Origin: Gnetum montanum
Taxonomy: Eukaryota; Plantae; Gnetophyta
NCBI GenBank assembly: GCA_015680685.1
Contig: MNCI01003167.1
Span: 169,536 to 233,535 of the forward strand
Reading direction: 5' to 3'
Length of the DNA stretch: 64,000 nt
The first letter of the stretch is position 1. Each line of letters opens with the position of its first letter. The position numbers were made by a program, and so were the translations under genes. Under the pieces are notes generated by a model. The model saw only the letters and a list, made by a program, of their open reading frames with translations, had not been told where the DNA came from and ran no database searches. Below, in pieces: positions 1 through 12,803 of this stretch.

Positions 1-1120
1 AGAAACATAGAAAGAAGGTGAGGACTTCTTTTTAGGTACCTCTTAATACATAGATTCTCCTCTTTCTTTGATGGGGAGAACTTTACCCAATGGTTATATT
101 CATCTATGGATAACCTTGGTGGTGGAAAGAATGGATTTTAAGATGGGGAACCTCAAAAGATGGTAACCACAACCATTCATCCAAAGGCAAAGACAATGAC
201 AAGTATCATGAGAGAGATAGACATGGTGACCAAGGTAGAAACCAAAGAAGAGGAGATAGTAGGCATCATTTTGGTGCTAATTCTCCTTCCTCTGGACCTT
301 CATCATCATCCTCATTATCTTCCTCATCCAACTCCAATAGATGAAGTAGGGGCCAGGGCCATGAAAAGAGTAATAGATATCTTGATGGAGATGAATATAA
401 AGATTAGGATGATCACAAATCCCACTAGGAAAATAAGAACTAAAGTCATGAACAATATCAAGGGGATGAACATCATAGAGAACAAAATCACAACAGGACT
501 CATCATAGGCATCATGACCATGATAGGGATCATAGAGACCACTATGACTACAATGAGCCTAAGTTAGCCATAAGAAATATGTTGAATATTTCAAAATCCA
601 TTAGAATTTTCACCAGGCACTTGAAGGATAGCTACATTAAATGGCCATATATGAAAAATATTCCCAAGTTTGAGGAGGATATAATTCAAATCTACAAAAT
701 CATTTAGAATGAAAAGAAATAGTTGAAACTATTGCTAAGGATACTAATAAAGGAAGCATAAATCTAGTATTGATCCTTGGAATCAAAATCTATTTAGTGA
801 TGGAGTATGATGCTAGAGTTTTTTAATGAAAAATACCAAACGTACTCTAGAGTGTCCAATCTAAAGAGGAAAATCCAAGGATGAAAATAAAGCACTCATG
901 AGTCCTTGGATGTAGCCATGAGTAAGTACTATTCTTTGTTGCATTGATGCCTAGGCCCTAGATACTCCCAATGGGATTAGCTATGCCATATCATAGATGG
1001 GTTTAAAATTGAAACAAGTAGAAACCTTGGGGTCTATGCCCCAAGGAAGATTTTTTTCTAAGGGTCCATCAAATTCAAAGGATCATTAAGTGAGTGGAAA
1101 AAGAGGAAGAAGAGTTGAAA
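1..1120 (+). pseudogene. gag: gag of element A (S/H/D/R-rich N-terminal extension plus retrotransposon gag core), disrupted
   Basis: 579 onward reads MLNISKSIRIFTRHLKDSYIKWPYMKNIPKFEED, homologous to element C gag MLDIIEAIRIPTRNLKDNMIKHLDINNIPRFEGD. It has several stops and frameshifts. Confidence 0.75.
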
Positions 1121-2199
1121 AAATGAGAAAGTGTAGAAGAATATAATAAATGCCTCTTAATTTGTAAGAGGGAGGTCCACTTATGTGAGAATGAGAAGGA
1201 GGCACTGCTTGATGTAGTGGTGCAATAGAATACCTTGGTAATCTACAAATTTGTTACTAAAACATTAGTTAAGATTGATAAGATATGGGACTCCTCGGAT
1301 GAGAAGTTTCAAACTAATCTAAAGATTGTAGAGGAACATAGAAATCAAGGAGGTAGTGGCCGTGAACAAAGAAAGAAGGAGGATGAATGAGAATATTTCA
1401 AAGATAAGGATGAAGCTATAGTGGTAGAGGAGGTTGTAGATTTAGAATCTAATAATGATGGATATGACAACTATCAATACAACAACCCAAGGGATGTTGC
1501 CTTGTATTATCACACTTACAAGAATATGGAATGTATGCTTTAAATCATAGATTGCTAAAATGATAAGCACTTAGGAGGTTGCCTTATCTACAAGAAAACT
1601 ATTCACAACAATTTCACCAATAAGCTTACTATATGAGTGGAGTGTAATCTCAACCTAAAGAATAGTACTAGCAGTGGTAACACCCACAATCATGGGGGAT
1701 GCCACCTTTAAGATAGCAGTATTCTTGTTACCAACCTAATCCTTATTGGTACTATGTTTAGTAGCTAGTCCCTCCATGTCACTCTTCTAGTCACTCTTTC
1801 TTTCCATACCACTATTACCTTTTGAAGTATTATAAAGTGGTTTCTTCAAGAGGAGAGTCTTGATTCCTTTTCTATCCTCCTCAACATCCATCCACTCCTA
1901 CACCATCATCATCAAATCCTCTACCACCTGCTCCATCCATGCAAGGTAAAATACCTGCCTAGCCATAGTAAAGAAATGCTACAAGGGTAGTAAACTTATA
2001 GCTAGCTCCTTAGTTGAGTGGTCCTAAATTCAAGCCTTACAAGAGGTCCTTTTTTAGAACCAACAATCCCAAAAAGCCCTCACAAATACATGTGGCTATT
2101 AACCTTTCTATTTCAACCTTTGAAAGTCCCATCAAGTAGCTTTCAAATGAAAGTACTCCCCAATTTCAAACTGTCATGTTGAGCCATGCAATCACATAT

Positions 2200-2620
2200 T
2201 GGATCAAAGCTGACCATCATCCTAAAAAGAGATATAATATTTGGCAGTCCTCTTATTTACTTGTAGATCACTGAAAATGAATCATGTAAGGCTCTTTTGG
2301 ATTCAAGTTATATATTTAACTTAATTTCTCAAGATATGTACAAAGCCTGGAACCTACCTCTCTTGAAAAAAGAGCAACATTAGACTACAGTTGGCAAACT
2401 AATCCATCAATGTCCCTTTGGAATAGGTCAAATACATCATGACCGTGATTTGTAGAAGGTCTTATCCTACCAATTTACTAGTGATACATGTGGAGAATTA
2501 TAAAGGGGACTTTTCTATCATCATGGGAAGAGCATGGCTAAGCACTATCGATGCAAGGTTGGGGATTCAAGACCTTTCCTTGGAGATTTTTGGGAAAAAT
2601 GAATTAAGAAAGATTAGGAA
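2200..2620 (+). pseudogene. Aspartic protease of element A, disrupted
   Basis: ALLDSS at about 2290 and ORF 2439-2783 with IIMGRAWL; collinear with the protease ORF 9645-10211 of element C. Confidence 0.8.
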
Positions 2621-3049
2621 GAAAAGAGTTCCATGCATCATGTATAGTGACACAAGATTCCATTGCATGCAAAGACTATGGACCATCAAAGACACAATAC
2701 TTTCAACATGCATTCAGTGTGTAGAGTTAACAAAGATTGAAGGGTGCCTTTATGTAGTAGCTACTATGTGGAAAGGTACCTAGTGGTTAATAATAGATAA
2801 TGAGACATGATCAACAATATACATGGAACTAGCTAAGAGCCTTACTACTAATATGTTAAAAGAATGAACAATTTGAAGTAACTTCATCACCAACTCTATG
2901 ATGTGTAAAGTGAAATCGATTGAGGAGAGTTGGAGATCTCTGAAAATTTTAAGTAAGAGCACCTTGAGTTAAAGGCTCTATTGACAAGAATAGAATATGC
3001 ATTTCTAAATAATTGCAAGCCACTAATTTTCAATGCTACACTTGCTCTT

Positions 3050-4440
3050 GCACAAGAAAAGAAATTTTTAAAAGATATGAACAAATGGCTAATAGCCTTC
3101 ACTTGGTCATATCATGAGTTAACTAAAATTGATTCTAGGATATGCCAACACAAAATCTATATAGACTCCGCTATCAAACTAAAGAGGTAGTTGCAAAGAT
3201 GCTTGAACTTGAAACTCAAGAAAATTGTTAAAGAGGAGATTGAAAAACTCCTCAAGGCTGGTTTCATTTACCCCATTATAGATAACGAGTGGGTTAGCCC
3301 ACTTCTTATTCTACCTAAGAAAGGAGGAAAGTGAAGAGTCTATATAGACTTTTAGTTGTTGAATATGACAACTTACAAAGATAATTTTCCATTGCTATTT
3401 GTGGAACAAGTGCTAGACACCATTGTGGGGCATTTCTACTACAACTTTCTGGATAGCTATAGTGTTTATAACCAAATCCAGATTACACTAGAGGACTAGC
3501 CCAAGATAACATTCACAAGTCTCTAGGGAAATTTTGCATACAAAAAGATGCCCTTTAGCCTATGCAATGCTCTTGTTACATTTCAAAATTTGGCCTTAAG
3601 AATCTTCTAATAGAAAATTAGTAGCAAGTTAGAAGTGTTCATGGATGACTTCTTTAGCTATGAAGCTACATTTGAACAAACCTTGGACTACCTTGAGTAT
3701 GTTCTTCAACAATGTCTAGAGACAAACCTAAGGCTCAATTAAAAGAAAATCTACCTAATGCTCCAAGAGGGCATTCTCTTGGAGCATAGGATTTTGAACA
3801 AAGAGATCAAGGTTGAATTAGAAAAAATAAGGGTCATCCAAAGAGTAACCAAACAACTAGAAACCATGAAAGATGTGAGGTCCCTTCTTGACTACATTGG
3901 TTACCATAGGTACTTCATTAAAAACTTCTCAAAGATTACCAAGCTATTTGTGGAGCTTAAAAAGAAAGATGCACTATTTATCTGGACCAAGGAATATGAG
4001 AATGCATTCTAGTAGTTAAAGTAAAAACTCATAGAAACTCCAATTCTAGAGGTACTAGATTTCTCTAGGATATTTCAAATCATGAAGGATGCATTAAATT
4101 ATTCTTTGGGGTCATGCTTACATAGATGAACAATTGAAAACAACCATATTAAATTCACAATGTAAGAAGAAGCATTATGGATACACAACTCAACTACACC
4201 ATCATTGAAAAAGATCCTATGATAGTGGTGTACATGTTAGAAAAATTTAGGCACTATGTAGTTGGATATAAAGTTTTTATGCACAAAAATCATAGTGACA
4301 TTCGATTCTTAATGAAAAATCCAATGGTGAGCTCCATATATTATACAATGACTAGTGATCTTCCAAGATTTTGATTTAACAATGGTTGACCAAAAGGGGA
4401 CTGAGAATGTGGTGGTTGATCGCTTGTCTTAGTTAAGATG
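3050..4440 (+). pseudogene. pol: Reverse transcriptase and RNase H of element A, disrupted
   Basis: Motifs IAFTWSYHEL, WVSPLLILPKKGGK, FLDSYSVYNQI, YKKMPFSLCNA, EVFMDDF and NYTIIEKDPMIVVYMLEKFRHY; many in-frame stops. Confidence 0.92.
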
Positions 4441-4599
4441 GAATAGCGAAAAGGATGAGAGTCCATTGTCTAATTAATTTTTTGATGCACTCCTTTTTGC
4501 TGGTGGTGTTATTCTCAAAATTCCAAAGAAACAAACTAGTACAAGTACATCCTTTCGTATTTACTTACATAGGAGATGCCACTGGAGTGGAACCATAAG

Positions 4600-5450
4600 A
4601 AGAAATAACAGTTTCTTTATTAGGCCAAACACTTTATGAAAATAAATGGTAATCTCTATAAGAGATGCATGGATGGCCTAGTACCATGGTGTTTCCCCAA
4701 TGTAAACCAACTTTGAGTCCTCTAAGATGCCTAGGAAAGCCCTTGTGGGGGCTACTATACTAGGAGGAGGATGGCCATTAAGATCCTCATGATAGGATAT
4801 TATTGGCCTACAATCTTTATGGATGTTCATTACTTCTTTCATTGTTATGACAGATACCAACATGATGGAGGGATGATTTCATGCATGGAAAGGTCTCAAT
4901 AATGAATCCAAGCACTGGTGCCTTTTGGTCTTTGGGGGATTGATTTCATGGTGATCATCAAACTTATTTCAAATGAAAATCCTGCATCATCATGGTTGTT
5001 GATTACAATACCAAATGGGCTAAATCTATGGCTATCATCAACTATTCATCTTCTATGGTAGCTTAGTTTATACAAAAAAATATTGTAAATATGTTTTGTG
5101 TGCCATAGGTACTAATTTTAAATAATAAAACATACTTTACTGGTGCCACTTTTCAAAAGCTCATGCAATTCTTAAGGGTTTAACATAAATTAACAACTCC
5201 ATATCACCCCAAGCCAAAGGTCAAGCTAAGGTTACTAATAGGAAAATTATCAAAATACTAACAAACAACATCATGAACTTAGAATAAAAAAGTAAAGTTT
5301 TAAGTAGGAGATAAGGTGCTCTACTGGAAGTCCATGCATGTATCTCAACATACCAAATTTCAAATGCTATGGGAGTGCCCTTACATTATATATGAAACTT
5401 TCTCATCTAGGCCCATGATTATGTACCATCCTAATACCATATAACAACTT
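4600..5450 (+). pseudogene. Integrase of element A, disrupted and partly deleted
   Basis: PFGLWGIDFM, VVDYNTKWAKS and TPYHP...GQA motifs. Confidence 0.85.
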
Positions 5451-6455
5451 AAATCTTTCTTGGAAACAAGAATAACCAATGGAAATATTGTCTCAATTGA
5501 TGGCTAATCACACTCAATCTTTTGAATCTCTCCCTTCCAACCTAGTTATGGTAGAGATGGTCATCCATGCTAACATCCTACAAGTGACTCCTCAATTTTT
5601 AATTTTTTTTATTTTACATCATTTTTTATTTTCTTGAACATTTTATACTTTCTTTTATATTTTTCTTTATTTGAATTTTTGTACATGTCTTTTTCTTCTT
5701 TATCGCCATTAGGACTTTGGTGTTGAACACAACTACTGATTAATGGTGGTGAATTAAATTATAGTGCTCAAATTGATTGCTTGATGACTAGATTTCATCA
5801 TTGAATTTTGACATTGATTAATGAAACATTGGCTTTTCATGATATCAAGTAGTGACCTCATGTCATCCATCCATTCCATGAAAATCATATGGTTTTTTTT
5901 ATTTTTGTTTTAGTGTTGGAAGCATGAGGTTCTTTCTAATAATAACTTTGAAAGAACTTGTGACCTTGGTGCTCTCTAGCCTTAGAATGAATCAAGTGGA
6001 ATTGGCAAGGATGTGGGTTTAAGGAAATTCGTCACCTTTTATATCTAGAAACTATCTAGAGTTTTGTGAATATTCTCATCAATTTCTCACCATTATTAAT
6101 GTTGATCAATAATAGGAAGCAATTTCTTTTCATGTTTTCATTCCCATGAAAAAAAACCATGGGACTTGAAGGCACATCCCTTAGACAAAATAATGGGCTA
6201 CAAGCACTAGTTATGGGGCTAGAAAGACATGTTACCCATAACTAAAGGAATCCCTCTAACTAAGGCCCTCTTTACTTCTTGCTTCTCTTTTCTTCTCTAT
6301 TTTGAATGGTAGGTGATCTTTGGAGGTATCCATGCACTCTAGGAGGTCGAATGATCTCAAAGTACCAATGGAAAGTTACTGGAAGTGGATGGTCTTGATT
6401 CCAACTAAGGATGTGATGTTCTCAACATCACCTTACTCACAAACTTCACATTGAT

Positions 6456-7412
6456 TGATGAGTGGTGAGGTACCCCTACACTCAACAAAACGAAACGAGC
6501 GTAGCACGTGCGATACGGTCGAACTCTGCAGACTAAATGCCTAAAAGTCGCAAGGAACACTTGGGGTTAATTAATCGTTGTCTTCCTAGACTTACTTGTT
6601 GTTGTCACGGTGTATGGTTAAGTAAGTCCGAGGTATATGATTTTTTTGGTCTTTTCTGATTTATCTCCTATGCTAAGGGGTGAATGGTTGAGAGACTAAA
6701 ACTAACTCTAACTACAACGTAAGTCCTAGAGTTAGCATCTATTCCCACTTGCCGTATACACCCTGAACTGTGCAACTGTGGCTACCAAACGCTAATCATT
6801 ACTGGGATTACCACACGTAACGCACGTGCTCGAAGCGGTCATATTGAGGCACCTGACTAGGCTATGTGTGACAAGTAGCCAATTCCTTGATTAGCCGTAC
6901 ACATCTGTAGATACTCGTAATCAAGTCATACTTGTCCCATGTTCTAGGAGATAAGGGTGAGAGAATCTAATCGCGATGAGTAGCCGATTCCTTGGCTAGT
7001 CGTACACATTTGTCAATGCTTGTAACCAAGTCGTACTCATGCCATGTTACTAGGAAAGGAATAAATAACATTAAATAAACCTATCCGTGTCCTGCAAGGT
7101 TTATCCACAAAGCTTGTCTTTATTTCCGTACACAACTTACGTTTAGGTACAAAGCTGCTCGAATAAAGAACCGTTCACTTGGGGGACTCCTACTGTGGGG
7201 ACATGGAAAATATTCTATCTCTGGGATGATCAATCTTCTAGAGCTTTGCTACTTTACACCTAGGATGTGAAATGAGGGAAATATCGCCTCTTATTTATAG
7301 ATTTGGTGGGGGACCAAAATATTGCATACGCAATATTGCAGGGGATGCGATATCGTGGCGACCATGATATCGCGTATGTGATATAGTGGCTTGTGCATAT
7401 CACGTCTCATCA
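6456..7412 (-). repeat. 3' LTR of element C
   Basis: Direct repeat of 12804-13764 (roughly 90% identical by eye), 7-bp terminal inverted repeat, minus-strand TATA at about 7292-7300. Confidence 0.95.
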
Positions 7413-7425
7413 TACCCCCATGACT
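7413..7425 (-). promoter_or_regulatory. Polypurine tract of element C
   Basis: Minus-strand AGTCATGGGGGTA directly abuts the TGATGAG start of the 3' LTR. Confidence 0.8.
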
Positions 7426-9644
7426 GAATAAAAAATCGTCCTCAAGTTCCTTACAATAATATCAGGTAGGTATGGGATTATTGAGGAGAATGGAACTAAT
7501 GGAATGACATGTGAACGGATCATTATTACAAGACTTGACAAAATTGGTGTTCATGACAACAAGGGTGAACACCTTATTACAATGACATCAGGCCACATTT
7601 GGTAGCTGAGAGAAAAGAGGAGAGAGAAGAGAAGAGAAGAAGAGATAAGAGTCTTGCTGCTGCCAATGCCTAGATTGCGCCTTCCATTGTCTATCCGTAA
7701 GCGTGCCCTCAATCTTGCTCCTTGCATAGCTGCTTCAACACCGCTCCATTCCAAGTGCTTTCTCCAGATCCGGTTCATGGTTGTATGATTGCCATTTGCA
7801 CATACAACACAAGGATATATTAGCAAGGGTAATTTAATCATTAAGTAATTAATACCTTGCTTCGGTGTAAGTCCATTGGCTAGGTTGTGTTATGGCTGAT
7901 ATGGACCTGGGAAGATGTAGATGATGATGACTACTGAAGGTGTAGGGGTTAGGAAGAGAAACGAAAAAATTCAGGGCTCAGGAGAAAAATCGAAAAATCA
8001 GGCCCCGTACCCCCATGACTAATTATGAACCTCCGGTAGCGAAAGAATGGAGAAAGAAAAGGAGTAAGGTAAAGAGATAAAAATGGATAACTATGGCATC
8101 AATGAAGTGGATGTCAAGATGGAAATGAACAAAAATTAAAATTAATTGCAAAATGTTAAGGAAAAGAAGTTAACTAATGTTCCAAATAGGAATGTCAGTG
8201 GGTCCTCCCCAAAGAAGGCTCATGCTATTAATGCCCTGATAGACCCACATTCAAAGAGTCCATAGGCTCTTGGAATGTCCTTTGAAACAAGAGTTAAATT
8301 CTTAACCGAAAGAATTTACCAAAAAGAAAACAATGCATCAACCAAAATATATACACTAATGATACAATTGGTAATGAGGTGAATAATGGAGAGAAGGATG
8401 GAGAGAAGAGAAGTGGAATGGAATCCCAAGAACAAGGTGGTGTACAGCCTCTTATGTGTTTGATGATTAATGTGACTTGGAAAATCGCATTCCAACTCCG
8501 GGCTCAAACCAACCACTTCCAGTGACTTTGCATCAATGCATTCGGTTAAACCATCCACTTGGATAATGAGGATGCATCTTCAAAGAGCCACCACCATTCC
8601 GAAAAAACAAAGAAGAGAACGGGAAGTGAGAAGGGCCTTAGTTAGAGGGAGCACTTTGGTTCCATAACCAGTGCTTGCAGCCCAAAGTTATTCCATCTAA
8701 GGGGTGTGCTTTGAATCCTCACTTTGGTTTTTTTTTCCTTTCTTTTTTTTCTCTCTTTTTTTTTGTATTTTTGTGTTTTGTGTTTTTATGCGTGGGGACC
8801 ACACCATGCAAATACTTCTCATTTTTATTGTCTCAGCTTCTAGCAATTGGGTAACATCGGAACGGTAAGAAAACTCAAGAAGAAAACATCCAAGCACCTA
8901 AGAGAATGGCCAACACAAAAGCACCAAGTTCCCTTGAAGTAACACCCTTTGCAATCCTTGAGTCCTTCCTTAGTTTGAGAAATACCTAGTCACCGATTCG
9001 TTAAAATTCTTATTAGAAGGGAATTGTACACTTCCAAGCCAAGAGAAATCGTAGAAATTGATGGATGGATGGATGAAGTGATCTCATTGCCTGCCATATC
9101 AAAAGAAACATACCTTAGTATCAACATTGTAACTTAAAGGTAAAAACCAAACATTAGCAATTAATATGGAAACAGTTCATCCCATCGGCCTGAACACTTA
9201 TTTGGTGACGAACTTACATGGTGGATGACACACATGCACATGCACAAAAAAAATAGAAAAAGTATAACAATGGTGTAAAAATAAAAACAAGAAAAGTTAA
9301 AGAAAGTGTAAAACAAAAATAGAAAAAGTTAAAGAAATTTGTAAAACAAAAACATGTAAAACAAAAACGTTCTAAAACAAAAATGTGTAAAACAAAAACT
9401 TAAAAGAACTGAGGGCCCCATATGGTTAGCATAGGTGGCCATCTCCCCCATGACTGAGTTGTAAGGGAGAGATCCGAAATAATGAGCATCTATTTGAATT
9501 TCTAAGAAGTTCCCAACTTCTCCCAATTGATGATCTTAAGTTGAGGGGTGGAAGTTGGCGATGCTCATGTTCCAATGTGTCTATGCCACAGTTGTTGGCA
9601 TGAGTTGTCTCCTCAGTTGGTTCCATGCATATTTTCTTGCTCCT

Positions 9645-10211
9645 TCAAGTGGCTATCAACCATGGGATGTCTACTACTAGTTGCATGGTTGCTACATATA
9701 GGCATCTTTGTTTTTCACTCTCAAGGGCACACCTCTCACATGGAGACATATCCTCCATGTCATCACCTGATGAATCATTGTATGTGATGCATTGAACTTC
9801 CTTCTTCTCGATCTTTCTGTAAATGTTTATCTTAGAAATTTGCAAGGAAAGATCATGAATTCCTAGGTATGCATCTACAGTACTTAGCCATGGTCTTTCC
9901 ATTATAATGGGGAAGCCCCCTTCATTGCTAACCTCAATCACCAGGAAATCAGCTAGGTATGACCACCCACAGATAGTGGTGATAATGTCCTCCACCAATC
10001 CTAAGGAAATGGTAATGGACTGGTCAGCCAGCTCCAGTTGTATGTTGCTCTTCTTAAGTTGTGGTAGGTTCCAGGCGTGATACATCTTTTGTGAAATTAG
10101 GTTGACTCCAAAAATTGAGTCAAGAAGAGCTCGATGTGGTGCATTTTCGGCGATTTGTAAATGAATTAGGGGGTTCCCAGGGTCAGGTAGTTTCCTAGGA
10201 AGGTAGCCCAC
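9645..10211 (-). CDS. Retrotransposon aspartic protease domain (element C), open for 188 codons
   Basis: LPRKLPDPGNP...ALLDSIFGVNLI...LELADQS...DFLVIE...IIMERPWL is typical of Athila-type proteases. Confidence 0.85.
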   Translation of the reverse strand: MGYLPRKLPDPGNPLIHLQIAENAPHRALLDSIFGVNLISQKMYHAWNLPQLKKSNIQLELADQSITISLGLVEDIITTICGWSYLADFLVIEVSNEGGFPIIMERPWLSTVDAYLGIHDLSLQISKINIYRKIEKKEVQCITYNDSSGDDMEDMSPCERCALESEKQRCLYVATMQLVVDIPWLIAT

Positions 10212-11103
10212 CTTTATCTAGTTAGTTACGGTACGTGTCAACATAACTGTTTGCGTACTTAGTTGTTGGACTGAAGGGTTCTCTGAAGCGTTAGTGGTTA
10301 GAGGCCTATACATGTGCCCAACCACTTGTTGTTGCAAGAGTTTGTCTGGACTCCTAGTTTTGAAGAAGGGTCTCTTCTTTGTACAGTTGTCAGAACTAGC
10401 AACCGGTTGGATATTTACATGCTGAATATTTACAGCTTTTGCGGCATTACATTGCTATGGTTGAGTAGATAATTCCCCTTGCATTGTTGGAATACGTTTT
10501 ATGGGAACTACAAGTGGAAGAGGTGTGGATGGAGTTAGAGGATGGATTGACTGTGAGATATCTCCCGGAGGAGAAGGAATCCTCCTAAAGCACTCCCGAA
10601 CTTGGTAGTGACATTGGGGGGTAGTGTGACCCATAGAGTCACCTAGAGAAACTAGCTGCTGCACATAATAACTGTAAGGATCGGGCTGCTGATAAGGGTA
10701 TTGATGTGTTGGTGGTGGCATCCCCCATGACTGTGGGTATTACCACTGCTGATGTTGTCCAATAGGCTGTGGAGGTATTCCACTTGGGTAATATGTCAAG
10801 GGTTGGTAGAAATGCCTTGGGTTACCTTGTGGGTAAGGTAACCTTCGGGGTGTTTGCCTTTGATTAAGTCTTGGATTTAACGCATACATCCCAGACTCCT
10901 ACAGATGTGAGATAATTGGGCAACATCCCTTAGGATGGTTATAGTAATAGACCTCACATCCACCATCATNNNNNNNNNNNNNNNNNNNNNNNNNNNNNNN
11001 NNNNNNNNNNNNNNNNNNNNNNNNNNNNNNNNNNNNNNNNNNNNNNNNNNNNNNNNNNNNNNNNNNNNNNNNNNNNNNNNNNNNNNNNNNNNNNNNNNNN
11101 NNN

Positions 11104-12662
11104 TTCCAACAAACTTTCAACTTTATGGGCTCTTAGTTGGGAAAGTCTCCCTTGGGCGTTAGTCCCAAGAGTTCTTCTTGTTTCATTCCTTAGCCCATCC
11201 ATGATGTGGTGAAGTTGATCCCGCTTAGCATACCCATGGCCCAAGAAATGATGTAGAAGTGTATAGTAATGGGCCATGGAAGCATCCAAGGGTTCATAAG
11301 CACCTTGTTTCTAGCCTTGGATCTACTTACGCAAATTGGACACTCTAGAGTACGTTTGATATTTGTTGTTAAACAGTTCAAGTACTCCACCTCTTGATGG
11401 TTTCTGGTTCTAAGGACCGGTACCAGCTCTCTACTTCATTAGTGAGTGTCCTTGGGAACAACTTAAGCTTCTACCACTCATTATCAATATTTTGCAAGGC
11501 ACAGGCATCATGGAATACCTATAAATGATGTTGAGGATCAGCGTTGTATCCCCCTTCAAAACGTGGGATATTATTTATGTCCAAATGCTTGATCATGTTG
11601 TCCTTTAAGTTCCTTGTGGGGATCCTAATTGCCTCTATGATATCTAGCATGCTTCGGGTTGCGAGTAAGGGTTCATCATGATCATCTCTATCATGACATC
11701 TGTGATGTCTTCATGGTGGTTCCCTACTCTCCCTACGTCCTTGCCCTTGTCCTAACTCTCGACCTTCCTGTCGAGGTCTTTCATCTTCCTTATGTTTACC
11801 CTCTCCATTGTGCTCACAATGGTTGTGCCCAGATGTGGAAGGAGAGTGTGAATGGTGAGATGAAGGAGAAGAGGAAGCGGATCCATTACCATGGCGATGT
11901 TTCTTACCTTCTCTTCNNNNNNNNNNNNNNNNNNNNNNNNNNNNNNNNNNNNNNNNNNNNNNNNNNNNNNNNNNNNNNNNNNNNNNNNNNNNNNNNNNNN
12001 NNNNNNNNNNNNNNNNNNNNNNNNNNNNNNNNNNNNNNNNNNNNNNNNNNNNNNNNNNNNNNNNNNNNNNNNNNNNNNNNNNNNNNNNNNNNNTCCTTAG
12101 TGTGAGTGGTTGTTCTTGCCATGAACAGTTGGTGCTCATGGGGATTAGAGCCCATAGCATGTACAGTTGATCGAAGGTTCTGATGCCTAACCTATTCACC
12201 ATTGTGAGGAGGAGGAACATCATTTTCTAAGAAACCCATTGTGAGGGGTTCCTCATCTCCTATTTCACTAAGGACATGGGGGACTTTGCCCTTTAACAAT
12301 GAGTGTTGGCTCTCCTGACTTAAGTCCTGAATACGTTGAGCATCTGTGGGATGATAATCCCTTGTGTCAAAGTCATCCATAACCTATTCTGCAAATAGAT
12401 CTTGCATGCCAATCTGTGCTAGGGCACAGAAAAGCATGTTAGGGACTAATAGATCTGGGGGTAACACAATGTTACCTTGCAAATCTCTCCACCGTAGTTG
12501 TTTGTCTTGATGGAGAATAAAAGTAAAATCAGACACATACTCATCGGGATGAGTATATGTCACCTTAGATTGCTGAGGACTTGACTGATTTTGGTTATGT
12601 GTATGTCGCTGAATGTCTTTCATGTTATCCCTAGGTGAGTGAACCTTATGAGAAGAAGCCAT
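11104..12662 (-). pseudogene. gag: gag of element C with long N-terminal extension, disrupted and gapped
   Basis: Starts MASSHK at 12662. The core reads IPRFEGD...KLKLFPRTLTNEVESWYRSL. It has frameshifts, stops and an N gap. Confidence 0.8.
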
Positions 12663-12784
12663 TTTATTGGTCTACTATTCACCATTATATATGTTCTTAT
12701 TTAACTAATTAACCCAAAGGCTCATTAAGGCTCACAACTATGTGAAAGATTTCCTAATGTTCTAATTGGTGTACAAACACTTAG

Positions 12785-12802
12785 TCCCCAACAACAGTGC
12801 CA
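12785..12802 (-). promoter_or_regulatory. Primer-binding site (tRNA-Asp type) of element C
   Basis: Minus-strand TGGCACTGTTGTTGGGGA lies 1 nt from the LTR. It differs only by transitions from the Athila PBS TGGCGCCGTTGCCGGGGA. Confidence 0.85.
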
Positions 12803-12803
12803 A

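Noticed and set aside
160-567. Met/Ile-rich ORFs 160-567 (+) and 324-542 (-) resembling membrane peptides
   Set aside because: They are off-frame or antisense readings of the low-complexity gag N-terminal tract.
10899-12223. Several ORFs spanning X runs
   Set aside because: They are open only because of N gaps; the real signal is the minus-strand gag.
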